The notes under the pieces: model-generated
What the model was told of the DNA's origin: nothing
Databases searched by the model: none
What the model saw: only the letters and a program-made list of their open reading frames with translations
Program-made: the position numbers and the translations under genes
In this document: in pieces, positions 12,176-25,000 of the stretch
Numbering within the stretch: the first letter of the stretch is position 1
Layout of the letters: each line of letters starts with the position of its first letter
From: the human T2T-CHM13v2.0 reference genome, Homo sapiens
Assembly (NCBI RefSeq): GCF_009914755.1
Contig: NC_060930.1
DNA: 64,000 nucleotides
Direction: 5' to 3' (one strand)

Positions 12176-15100
12176 CACATTTTTAATTCAGTCATCTGTT
12201 GATGAACACTTAGGTTGATTCCATGACTTTGCTAATGTGAATAGTGTTCTGATAAACATATGAGTGCAGGTGTATTTTTTATATAATAATTTATTTTCCT
12301 TTGGGTAGGAAAACAGTAGCAGGATTGCTGGATTAAATAGTGGTTTTATGTTTAGTTCCTTGAGATATCTTTACACAGTTTTTCATAGAAGTTGTACTAA
12401 ATTACATTCCCACCAACAGTGTATACGTGTTCCCTTTTTTCCACATCCTCACCAACATGTTATTTTTAGACATTTTAATAATAGTAATTATGATTGGTAT
12501 AAGATAGTATCTCACTGTGGTTTTATTTTGCATTTCTATGATAATTCATGGTGTTGAGCATTCTTTTCATATGTTTTTTGGCTGCTTTTGTCTTCTTTTG
12601 AAAAATGTTTGTTCATGTACTTTACCCACTTTTTGATGAGGTTATTTGATTTTTTCTTATTGAGTTCCTTGTAGATTCTACATATTGGTTTTTTTGTCAG
12701 ATGCATTGTTTGCGGATATCTTTCCCATTCCGTAGGTTGTCTTTACTCTGTTGATTATTTCTTTCACTGTTCAGAAGCTTTTTAGTTTAACTACATCCCA
12801 TTTGTGAATTTTTGTTTTTGTTTCATTTCCTTTTGAAGGGTTAAACATGATTTTATTTTTTTTGTCTTGGCCAAAGTCCAGAAACATTTTTTCAAGGTTT
12901 TCTTCTAGGATTTTATAGTTTGAGGTCTTACATTTGAATTCTTAATTCATCTTGCATTAGCTTTTGCATATAGTGAGAGATAGAGGTCTAGTTTCATTCT
13001 TCTGCATATGACAATCCAATTTTCCCAGCACTATTTATTGAATAGGCTGTCGTTTTCCCAGTTTATATTTTTGTCAACTTTGTCACAGATAAATTGGTTG
13101 TAAATACATGGCTTTATTTCTGGGTCATTTATTCTGTCTTATTGGTTTTTATGTACATTTTTACACCAGTGCCATGCTGCTTTGGTTATTACAGCCATGT
13201 AGCATAATTTGAATTCAGATAAGTGATGGCTCCAGTTTTGTTCTTTTTGCTTAGAATTACTTTGGTTATTCATATACATACTTGGTTTTATAAAAATTCT
13301 AGCACTGTTTTCTTCTAATTCTGTGAAAAAACACATTGGTACTTTGATAATTGCACTGAATTTATAGATTGGTTTGTGTAGTACACTTATTTTAAAAATA
13401 TTGGTTCTTTTGATCTATTGCATGGGACTCTTTTTTCCATGTGTTTGTGACATCTGTGATTTCTTTCATCAGTATTTTGTAGTACTTCTTGTGGAGATCT
13501 TTCACCACCTTGGTTACATGTATTTCTGGACTTTTTTGTAGCCATTAGAAGAGAGATTGAGTTTCTGATTTAGTTATCACTTTGATTGTTATTGCTGTAT
13601 GAAAATACTACTTCTGATTTTCTCATGTTGATATTGTTTCTTGAAATTTCACCAAAATTATTTATTAAATCTAGGAGTCTTTTGGAAGAATCACTAGACT
13701 TTTCTAGGTATATGATTATATCATCTATGAATAGAGAAAAATTAACTTTCTCTTTTCCAATTTGAATGCCTTTTATTTATTTCCATTGCCTGATTGCTTT
13801 AGCTAGCACTTTTAATACTGTGTTGAACAGAAGTGGTGTGAGAGTGAGCATCCTTGTTTTGTTTCAGTTCCTAGGGGGATGGTTTCTATTTTTCCCTGTT
13901 TAGTATGATATTGGCTATGAGTCTGTCAATATGGCTATTATTATTTTTAGAAATGTTCCTTCTATGTCTAGTTTGTTGCATGTTTTAATCATAAAGGAAT
14001 AATGAACTTTATCAAAAGACTTCTGCATCTATTGAAATGATCATATCATTTTTTAAAATTATGAGGTGTGTTACATTTATGAATTTGCATATGGTGAACC
14101 ATCCCTGCATTCCTTGGAAAAAATCCACTTGATTGTGGTATATTATCTTTTTGATATGCTGCTGATTTTTTTTTTTTTTTTTTTTGGCTAGTATTTTGTT
14201 GAGAATTCTTGCATTTATATTCCTCAGGGATATTGGCCTGTAATATTCTTTTTTTATTGTTTCCTTGCTAGTCTTTGGTATCAGGGTGATGCTGTCTTCA
14301 TAGAATGAGTTAGGAAGAATTAGATTCCTTTATTTTTGGAACAGTCTCAATAGGATTGGTATCAGTCCTTCCTTGTACATCTGGTAGAATTTCGCTGTCA
14401 ATCAGTCTGGATTTGAACTTTTGTTGGGGATAGACTTTTTTTATTACTGATTCAATCTTACTAGTCACCATTGATCTGTTCAAGATTTTTATTTCTTTCT
14501 TGTTCAGTCTTGGGAGGTGTATATTTACAGGAATTTATTTTCTCTAGGTTTTCTAGTTTATGTGCATAGAGGTGCTCATAGGACTTGCTGGTGATCTTTT
14601 GTGTTTCTGTGATATCAGTTATAATGTCACCCTTATTATTTCTGATCATGCTTATTTGAATCTTTTTTCTAGCTGGTGGTCTATCAATTTTGTTTATCTT
14701 TTCAGAAACCAACTTTTTACTTCATTGATCCTTTTATTGTTTCTTTGGTCTCAATTTCTTTTATTTCTGCTCTGATCCTTGCTATTTCTTTTCTTCTGCT
14801 GCCCTTGGGTGTGGTTTGTTGTTTTTCTTGTTCCTTGAGGAGCAACATAAGGTTGTTAATTTGTAATCTTTGTATATTTTTGATGTACACTTTTAATGCT
14901 GTAAACTTCCCTTTAGCATTGCTTTTGTTGTATCCCAGAAGTTTTGGTATTTAGTGTCTTATTTTCATTTGTTTCCAAAATTTTTTAAATTGAAGCTTTA
15001 ATTTCATTATTGACCCAGTGGTCATTCAGGAGCAGGTTGTTTAATTTCCATTTATTTGTATAGGTTTTAGGGTTCCTCTAGGTATTGATGTCTAGTTATA

Positions 15101-18100
15101 ATCCACTGTAGTCTGAGAAGATACTTGATATGATTTTGATTTTTTAAAATTTATTGAGACTTGCTTTGTGGCCTAGCATATGGTCTCTTTTTGAGAATGT
15201 CCTATGTGTACAAGAGAAGAGAATGTATGCTCTGCCATTGTTGAATAAATGTTCTGTTAATGTCTTTTGGGGCCATTTGGTTTAGAGTTCAATTTAAATC
15301 CAGAATTTTTTTGTTGATTTCCTGCTCTGTCAGTGTGGTGTATTGTTTTGTTGTCTAACTTTTTTCTTAGGTCTAATCATATTTATTTTATGAAGCTGGG
15401 TGCTCCAGTATTGGGTACATATATGTTTCGAATTTTATTTAACATGGTTGACTTAAAGTCTGTTTCATCTGATGTAAGTATAACTATTCCCACTTGATTT
15501 TGGTTTTCATTTGAATGGAAAAATCCTTTTCCACCTTTTAACATTGAGACTCTATATGTTTTTACCACTTGGGCTGGTTTCTTGTATAAATCACATGATT
15601 GGATTTTGTTTTTTTAATCCATTCCTTCAGTCTGTATCTTTTAAGTGGGGCAGTTAGTTCATTTATGTTCAAGGTTTGTATTGATATGCTGGTTTTTTTC
15701 CTGTCATAATGCTAATTATTACTAGCTGCTTTACATTCTTGATTATGTAATTGCTTTATAAGATTTGCAAGTTTTATACTTTCACGTATTTTTATGATGA
15801 TGAATATCGCCCTTTTGATTTCATGTTTAGATCTCTGTTGAGCAGTTTTTGTAGAACTAGTCTAGTGGTGACATATTCCCTTTTTGTTTCCTTGTCTGTG
15901 AAAGACATAATTTTCTATTCATTTATGAAGCTTAGTTTAGCAGGATACAACATTCTTGGCTGGCATTTTTTTTTTTTTAATTTAAGAAAACTAAAAACAG
16001 GACCTCAATCTCTTCCAGCTTATAAGTTTTTTTCTGAGAAGTCTGCTGTTAGTCTGATAACATTTCCTTTTCAGATTATTAGGTGCTTCTCTCTCTGCTT
16101 TTAGAATTTTTCCTTCATGTTGACTTTGAATTGTCTGATAATTATACGCCATGGTGAGGTTTCTTGCAATGTGTCTTTCAGGAGTTCTCTGAGCTTCTTG
16201 TATTTAAATGTCTAAATCTCTAGCAAGACTAGGGAGGTTTTTCTGAATTATTCTCTCAAATAGGTTTTCCACACTTTTTCCTTTTTCTTTTTCTCTCTCT
16301 GGAATACGTACAACTTGTACGTTTGGATGCTTTATGTAATACCACATTTCTCAAAGGCTTTGTTTATTTCTAAAAATTCTTTTTTCTTTTTTTCTGACTC
16401 AGATAATTTGAAGGATCTGTCTTTCAGTTCTCAAATTCTTTCTTCTGCTTAGTCCAGCATATTGTGAAAGTTCTCAGTTGTATTTTGTAATTAAATAATT
16501 TTTTTATTTCCAGAAGTTGTTTAGTTTTGCTGTTTTCAAATAATAGCCATCTGTTTGTTAATTTTCTAATAGTTTTTCTGACATATTATATTTTCAAGTT
16601 TCTCTTGGATATCATTGAACTTCTTTAAAATTAATATTTTGAATTTTTTTTCTGATATTTCAAAGATTTCATTTTGATTAGAATCCATTTCTAGAGAGTT
16701 AGTATGATCCTTTGGGTGTGTTGTAATACTCTGTTTTTCCAGAATTGTTTCTGTGATTTCTTCTCATCTGGGTATGCTATCTTTTCTTCTTCTTTTTTAA
16801 GTGACAGTTGTTTAGATGGAATTTCCTTTCCCTCCTTGGGGAGGGAAAAGTATATGTTGTACAGGGTCCTTTGGCTCTAGTTCTAGGTGTTTTCAGTGGA
16901 AAATATTTTTTATAAATTCCTTGGTTATATGTACCCTCTGTATTTTATCTTTCTCAAATGCTAGTTGTAATAGTGATGCACTGGAAATGTAAGCAGGCTT
17001 ACTGGCTCTTGTGAGGAGGGGTAAACATTTGAAGTCTCAGGAAGCTTATATCATTTCCCCAGTGCTGTTCACTTGTGTCAGCACATTTTCTATGGGCTTT
17101 TGCAGATCAATCCTCAGGCAAGTAGGTGATGTTTACAGATAAGTCTGCTTCAGCAGACTCAGATGGGTATACACTTGATGTTTATTTACCAGGAGCAGCT
17201 CTCTGTTGCCTCAAGCAATGGGGTGATGTTCAGAATCTACTCTCAGCTCTCTGCTCATCTCAGGATGTGGGGAACAAGCTGGGAGGGCCAGGTAGAATAG
17301 GCCTGCCCACAGGTTCCCTAATGGAAAGTGCAAGCATCAGCTCCAGTGGAAGTTTTAGTGGTAAGGCACCAAGTACTCAGTGATGTGTCTGAGCATGGAG
17401 TGGAGAAACTTCTACTTCCACAATTCTCTGCACAGGAAGGGAGGGGCAGCCTATCCTCCTAATCTAGACCCATGGGTGCTCCAAATCCCTAAAAATATTT
17501 CTGGATATGAGTGGAGAGTGCATCACTGCACCAACTTATCTATGTGAAAAGGAAGGGGTAGCTCAGGCTTCTAATCCAGGTGAGCAAATGTGTTAAATGA
17601 CTGGAAATATGTGTAGGCACGGAACAAAGGAAGCACCACTGAAACAAGTTCTTTGCAAGGGAAGGAAGGTGTGGCCCAAAGTCCCAATCTAGGTGAGCAA
17701 GAGTGATATCTGCCACCCTATTGCTCCTCAGAGCCAGTTCAGCTCACTCCCCTGACTTACCAAAGTAGCAGCTGGGGCCATTCAACAATGCCACATGTAA
17801 ACTGGTCCCAGGTTGCCAAGCTAGACCTGGCTGCAAATCTCACCACCCGAGAGAAACCATGGCTCCAGCAGCTCTCTTCCCACTCCAGCCCTGTGACGAG
17901 AGAGGACCCACTGCCAGCCCAATCCCAGCATGTTCTATACTCTCCACTCAATTCTGGCTGAGAGGGTCTCTTTTCTAGAGCAATTTCTCCAACTCTGGCC
18001 CAAGACTAAAATGCCTAAGGTGGCCACCACTCCCAGGTTCCCAAAACAATGACTTACTTTTTATGACCCTGGATGGAAAGTGTCATTCTCTTCTTCATCC

Positions 18101-18124
18101 CTGGCCTGTGAAAATGCCTGTATC

Positions 18125-18284
18125 ATATGTAACAAACCTGCATGTTGTTCACATGTACTCTAGAACTTAAAGTGTATATATATATATATATATATAATAT
18201 ATGTATGTATACATATATAGGTATACATATATATATATGTATACATATATATGTATACATATATATATATATATATATATGTAT
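18125..18284 (+). mobile_element. About 50-bp L1PA 3' tail plus (TA)n-rich tail, with 14-bp TSD
   Basis: atatgtaacaaacctgcatgttgttcacatgtactctagaacttaaagt is the L1PA terminus; AAAATGCCTGTATC at 18111-18124 and 18285-18298. Confidence 0.9.
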
Positions 18285-19649
18285 AAAATGCCTGTATCTT
18301 TTCCCAGTATGTTTCACTCTCACTATATTTCTGCCTCTCCCTAAGGTAGCTCTAAGGCTTTGGAGAAGCTAGGTGCTCTCCTATGGCTTGGGTTGTATAA
18401 ATCCATAGTGGAAAGGTGAATCACAGTGGGAGACTGTCTGCCTCTCTCATATCCTGGGGTTTCACTCACTTCCCTTTGCAAATTAATAAATTGTTTTTGG
18501 TTAGTTGAGATTATCCTGGATTCTTACCCTCAGTATCCAATGGCTCAGCAAGGCATTTCTTCTGAACACATAAGGTCTTATCCTAAGTGGAATTATGATG
18601 AGTCCATGTTTCTGTCTTGTTACACAGTGGTGTCCTTTTCTCTCTTTTCATCTTTGCTTTTCCAGATTATTGTGGGCCTTGCTTTTATTTTATTTTACTG
18701 TCATTCTTAAATATATCAATGGTCCATAACTTTTTCTAAACAACAAGGCAGTTTTTGCTCTTTACAAGAGGTTTGTAAATATATATTCTTGGTGCTTTGT
18801 TTTTTGTGAGTCAGTAGATTGATTTAGGTGAATTATCATGGAGCCATAGATTAATCTAAGGTCCCTATTAACCCTAGGTCATGCTATTATATGACCCAAC
18901 AATGTGAAATAGAAATAAGTAGACTTTATTTCATTCTTGTCCATGTAGCTATTAAATACCAGGCCCCAAAATAGTATGTTCTCCAATGATTATTGTTGAC
19001 ACCAGAGAGCAATTGTACAATCTTTTATCTTTCTTCTTCTTTTTAGTTTGTTCTGGTCTATGGTCATATCAATGGATGGTAATTATTCCATCTTTACCTG
19101 TAATAAAAAGACAGACTGAATGGAACTGTACATCCAGTGCAATGATAAAAAAATCTTTGCTTTGGCTACTAATGCCTAGTACTATAGAGACAATAGTAGT
19201 AATGAAGTATATGAGAACAAGGGTTGTACTCCCCAGGACTTACGTTAATTGTCCCTATATTTTTCTCAGAGTTAGTCAAGGCATTTATTAATCACCATAA
19301 AGTTAGTGTTCTGTCTACTCTGGTAAAAAAATTAAATGCACAATGTGGCCTCTAGTTGCTTTGTTTTCCTTTCTTTATATTGTTAGAAAGGAGTAGCTCA
19401 TTCAGGCAACTGAAGTTCTGTTGATCTTTATATAGTGACTAGATGCAGTAAAGGGTAATGCAAGCATGCAGAATTCATTTTGTTATTTCTAGACCTATTT
19501 GGGCTTCAAAAACAGTATGAAAAAAACTGCTTTAAATTACTGTGCATATTGAAGATTAAGACCATTTGCACGTTGATCACCTAAGACATAAGATAGAGGT
19601 TTTTTGGTCATCTAATAGCTAAGCTAACAGTTATTGTATAATTACCATA

Positions 19650-19845
19650 TACTGGTGCATAACATACATTTTAAATCTCAGTTAACCTCTATAATAATCT
19701 ATGAAGTAGGTCATTTTATTATCCTTAATTTATAGGTGAGAAATAGGCTGAGTGATTACATAAAGAGTTCAAAGTGAAATGTCTCATAAGTAGCAAGGAG
19801 AGCTGGAATTCAAGTCCAGGCAGCTCTACTCCAGAGCCTACATAG
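19650..19845 (-). mobile_element. MIR SINE
   Basis: atgaagtagg...tttataggtgagaaataggctgag...gagctggaattcaagtccaggcag...ctccagagcc. Confidence 0.8.
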
Positions 19846-19945
19846 TAGAATGGAATGGATAAATCAGTTTAGCTTCTGCACTGAACCTAGTGGCAGATTG
19901 AATAAATGAGTATGATTAGTTGATTAGCTGATTTCTAGGTGCCTA

Positions 19946-20240
19946 CTTTTTATTTATTATTATTATACTTTAAGTTCTGCAGTACATGTGCAGAACATGC
20001 AGGTTTGTTACATAGGTATACACGTGCCATGGTGGTTTGCTGCACCCATCAACCCATCATCTACATTAGGTATTTCTCCTAATGCTGTCCTTTCCCTAAC
20101 CCCCCACACACTGACAGGCCCTGGTGTGTGATATTCCCCTTCCTGTGTTCATGTGTTCTAATTGTTCGACTCCCACTTATGAGTGAGAACATGTGGTGTT
20201 TGGTTTTCTGTTCATGTTAGTTTGTTGAGAATGATGGTTA
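19946..20240 (-). mobile_element. 5'-truncated L1PA (about L1PA7) 3' end
   Basis: tatactttaagttctg...gtacatgtgcagaacatgcagg...catctacattaggtatttctcc. Confidence 0.9.
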
Positions 20241-20500
20241 CTTCTAACCAAAGGCAATAGCATCTAGTACTTTGTGGGCCTGTATCCAATAAATGCTTTT
20301 TCCATGTCCAGAAGTCTTCGCTGTCTCAGATTGCTTTCAAAGTTTATCTAGACTGCTCTCTACTTTCTTTCTAGTTCTATGCTTCTTGAAATAGACATCT
20401 CAGGTTCTGGACTATTTTATCAGTTGCCATGGGTCCTTTCTCCCCAATATGTGAAGCATTTGAGGCATTAGGGGGAAATGAAGAATGTATTCGATATTAG

Positions 20501-20820
<320 letters not shown>

Positions 20821-21589
20821 TAGAAGCAGGTTTTAATGAAAAGTAGCTGCGTTTTATAAACCTCAGGAAGAGTCTGAAAGAAAACTGTGGGGTAAGCAGT
20901 CAGCAGCCCACTGGAACCAGACCCCTGTATTTAGAAAGACCTGTGATTTCCCAATGGCTAGAAATATCTTAGTTGGAAGGCTTATTCAGTGCAGATGGCT
21001 TACAGCACCCAGCTGTGCCTGAATAGCTTTGATAGACACTTGAGTTTTCAGTTAACGCACTGCTTTATGTGCAAATAATTAGCTTTACTCACTATTCCTT
21101 TTGATGGCTTACATTGCCAGAAATTGTCATGTTCCATTGTATTATTTTGTTTTTAATAATATTTTGATTTAGCTTGGTTATGAAAGCCAAAAAATGTGCC
21201 ATTATGCTATTCTTGATTCAAATTTAATACATACATATTATTTGGTGGCCCTTAATATGTTTTTGTCTGTAGACTGCTGGTTAGAGTCCTTGGATATTAA
21301 CTTTCCTACTAGAAATTCAAGATTTTTTTAAATCTGGAAAACATAATAATGAGTACAGGAAATAATTAGAAATGTCTTTTTTTTGGTCATAAGAGAAATC
21401 AACAATTGAAGTTTTTACCATGATTTTAATGCAGGATTAATTGTTGCTCCATTAGGAATACAGATATACCCCTAAACAAATGATTACTTTGATTCAATCC
21501 ATTTTGCTGTTTCTCTTAAATGAGAGCAGAAGGAGTGGTGCTGGATTTGCAGATCACTGTGATTCTGATCTGCACCAGGTAGAAAGTGG

Positions 21590-21840
21590 GAGAACAGAGT
21601 GGTTAGGCACACTCATGCCTAGCCATGCTGCCTCTGTTTGAATCGCAGCTCTGATATACACTAACAGTAAGCCCAGAGCAAGTTATTTAACTGCCGTTTT
21701 CAGTTTCCTATTCTGTAAAATGAGGGTGATAAAATGAATACCCAAATAGGGTGGTTATAATAATTACATTAGATAATACACAAGTAATTTTCTTTGAAGA
21801 GTGCCCAGCATATTGTAAGCATGCAATAACTTTTAAGCAT
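21590..21840 (+). mobile_element. MIR SINE
   Basis: gagtggttagg...gtttgaatcgcagctctg...gcaagttatttaac...cagtttcctattctgtaaaatgaggg...gtaagcatgcaataa. Confidence 0.85.
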
Positions 21841-22001
21841 ATAATAGTAGTACAGCAACTGTATACAAGAACTGAATTCTTGTATGTACCATACAAGTGC
21901 AATTCTATACCATACCAGTACCATTGCACCATACCAGTGTACCATACCAGTGCAATTCTAGGTGGATGGGTACAGAAGAAAATAGGGATAATAATTGTTA
22001 A

Positions 22002-25000
22002 ATTTTTATTTTTATTTTTAGTTTTTGTGGGTAAATAGTAGGTATATATATTTATGGGTTACATGAGATATTTTGATACAGGCATGCAATGTGTAATAAT
22101 CACATTATGTAAAATGGGATATTCATCACCTCAAGCATTTATCCTTTGTGTTATAAGCAATCCAATTGTACTCTTTTATTTATTCTAAAATGCATAATTA
22201 AATTATTTTTTACTATAGTCACCCTGTTGTGCTAGCAAATACTAGGTCTCATTCTTTCTATTTTTTTTGTACCCATTAATCCTTCCCACAGCTCCCACCC
22301 CCTCTTACCTGTTACATTTCCCAGCCTCTGGTTACAATCCTACTCATTATCTCCAGGAGTTCAATTGTTTTAATATTTAGCTCCCACAAATATATGAGAA
22401 CATGAGATGATTGTCTTTCTGTGCCTGGCTTATTTCACTTAAAATAATGACCTCCAGTTCCATCCATGTTGTTGCAAATGATAAGATCTGATTCTTTTTT
22501 TGTGGTTGAATAGTACTCCATTGTGTACATGTAGCACATTTTTTTAATTCATTCATCTGTGGATGACGCACATGTAGGTTGTTTTCAAATCTTGTCTATT
22601 GTGAATAGTGCTGCAATAAATACAGGAGTGCAGATATATCTTTGATGTACTGATTTCCTTTCTTTGGGGTATATACCTAGCAGTGGGATTGCTGGATCAT
22701 ATGGTAGCTCTATTTTTTGTTTTTGAGGAACCTCCAAACTGTTCTTCATAGTGGTTGTAGTAATTTACATTCCCCAAAACAGTGTACAGGGGTTCCCTTT
22801 TTTCTGCATCCTCACCAGCATTTATTATTGCCTGACTTTTTGATAACAGCCATTTTAACTGGAGTGAGATGATATCTCATTGTAGTTTTGATTTGAATTT
22901 CTTTGATGATCAATGATATTGAGCACCTTCTCCTACACCTATTTGCCATTTGTACATCTTCTGCTGAGAAATGTCTATTCAGATGTTTTGCCCATTTTAA
23001 AATCAAACTATTAGATTTTTTCCTGTTGAGTTGTTTGAGTCCCTTATAAATTCTGCTTATTAATCCCTTGTCAGATGCATAGTTTGCAAACATTTTCTCC
23101 CAATTTGTGGGTTCTCTCTACTTTGTTGTTTCTTTTGCTGTGCTGAAGCTTTTTAATTTGATGTGATTTTATTTGTCCATTTTTGCTTTGGTTACCTTTG
23201 CTTTTGGGGCATTACTCAAGAAATCTTTGCCCGCTCCAATGTCCTAGAGATTTTCACCAATATTTTCTTTGAGAAGTTTCATAACTTGAGGCCTTATGTT
23301 TAAGTCTTTAATACATTTTGATATAACTTTGTATATGGTGAGAGGTAGGAGTCTAGTTTCATTCTTCTGCATATCGATATCCAGTTTTCCCAGAACTCTT
23401 TATTGAAGAAATTGTCCTTTCCCCAATATGTTTTCTTGGAACCTTTGTCAAAAATAAGTTCACTGTAGATGTATGGATTTATCTCTGGGTTATCTATTCT
23501 GTTCCACTGATCTATGTGTCTGTTTTTATGCCTGTACCATGCTGTTTTGGTTACTATAGCTCTGTAGTATAATTTGGAGTCAGCAAATGTGATTCTTCCA
23601 TTTTTGTTGTTTTTGCATAGGATAGCTTTAGCTATTCTGGGTCTTTTGTGGTTCCACATAAATTTTACAGTTTTCTATTTTTGTGAAGAATGTAATTGGT
23701 ATTTTGATAGGGATTGCATTACATCTGTAGATTGCTTTAGGTTGTATGGACATTTTAACAATATTGATTTTTCTAATTCATGAACATGGACTACTTTTCC
23801 ATTTTTATCTGTCTTCTTCAATTTCTTATATCAATGTTTTACAGTTTTCATTGTGGAGAACTTTCACTTCTTTGGTTAATTTTCAGGTATTTAAATATTT
23901 TATAGCTATTGTAAATAGAATTATTTTCTTAATTTCTCTTTCAGATGGTTGACTGTTGGCATATAAAAATGCTCCTGAGTTTTGTATGTTGACTTTGTAT
24001 CCTGCAACTTTACTGAATTTTTAAATGTTTTAACAGGTTTTTTTTTTTTTTTGGTAAATCCTTTAGATTTCACCAAATATAAGATCATACCATGTGCAAA
24101 CAAGGATAATTTGACATCCTCCTTTCCAATTTGGATAACCTTTATTTCTTTCTCTTCTCTGATAGCCCTAGCTAGGACTTCCAGTACTATGTTAAATAAC
24201 AGTGATGAAAGTGGGCATCTTTGTTGTTTCTGATCTTACAGGAAGGGCTTTCAGGTTTTTTCCATTCAGTATGATATTAATTATATGTCTGTCATATAAG
24301 ACTTTTATTATGTTGTGGTATGTTCCATCTATATTTAGGGTTTTTTTGAGGACTTTTATTATGAAAGGATGTTGAATTTTATCAAACACATTGTTACTAT
24401 CAATTGAAATTATCACATGGCTTTGCTCTTCATTCTGTTCATATAATGTATAATGTTAATTGATTTGTGTATGTCAAACCATCCTTGCATCCCTGGAATA
24501 AATCTTACTTGGTTATGATGGATTATCTTTTTAATGTGTTGTTGAATTCAGTTTGCTAGTGTTTTGTTGAGAATTTTTGCATCAATATTTATTGGCCTGT
24601 AGATTTTGTGGGGTTTTTTGATGTGTATTTGTCTGGTTTTATCATCAGGGTAGTACTGGATTTGTGAAATGAGTTTGGAAGCATTTCCTCCTATTCTATT
24701 TTTTGGAACAGTTTGAGTAGTATTGGTATTAGTTCTTTAAATGTTTGGTAGAATTCAGCAGTGAAGCCATTGGGTTCCAAGCTTTTCTTTACTGGGAGAC
24801 TTCTTCTTATGGCTTCAATGTCATTACTTGTTACTGGTCTGTTCAGATTTTCTAGTTTTTCATGGTTCAATCCTGGTAGGTTTTATGTTTCTGGGAATGT
24901 ATCTATTTCTATTCAATTTTCCAATTTATTGGCATATGTTTGCTCATAGTAGCCACTAATGATCCTTTGAATTTCTGCAGAGTATCGATTATAAGGTCCT

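Larger units (their letters stand above)
11778..18480 (-). mobile_element. Near full-length L1PB3/L1PB4-like LINE-1, decayed
   Basis: 3' end catggatatattacataatggcaaggtctggacttttagtg; ORF2 remnants (IRNNKGDIITD...YEHLYAHKLENLE 14461..14712); ORF1 region about 15.8-16.8 kb; GC-richer 5'UTR about 16.85-18.48 kb; 5' boundary approximate. Confidence 0.85.

Noticed and set aside
18640-18812. Acceptor-like site at 18665 with downstream donors
   Set aside because: Stops in all three frames and weak donors; no support as a coding exon
21500-21585. Possible small exon ending CAG/GTAGAA
   Set aside because: Poor pyrimidine tract with intervening AGs and a weak donor
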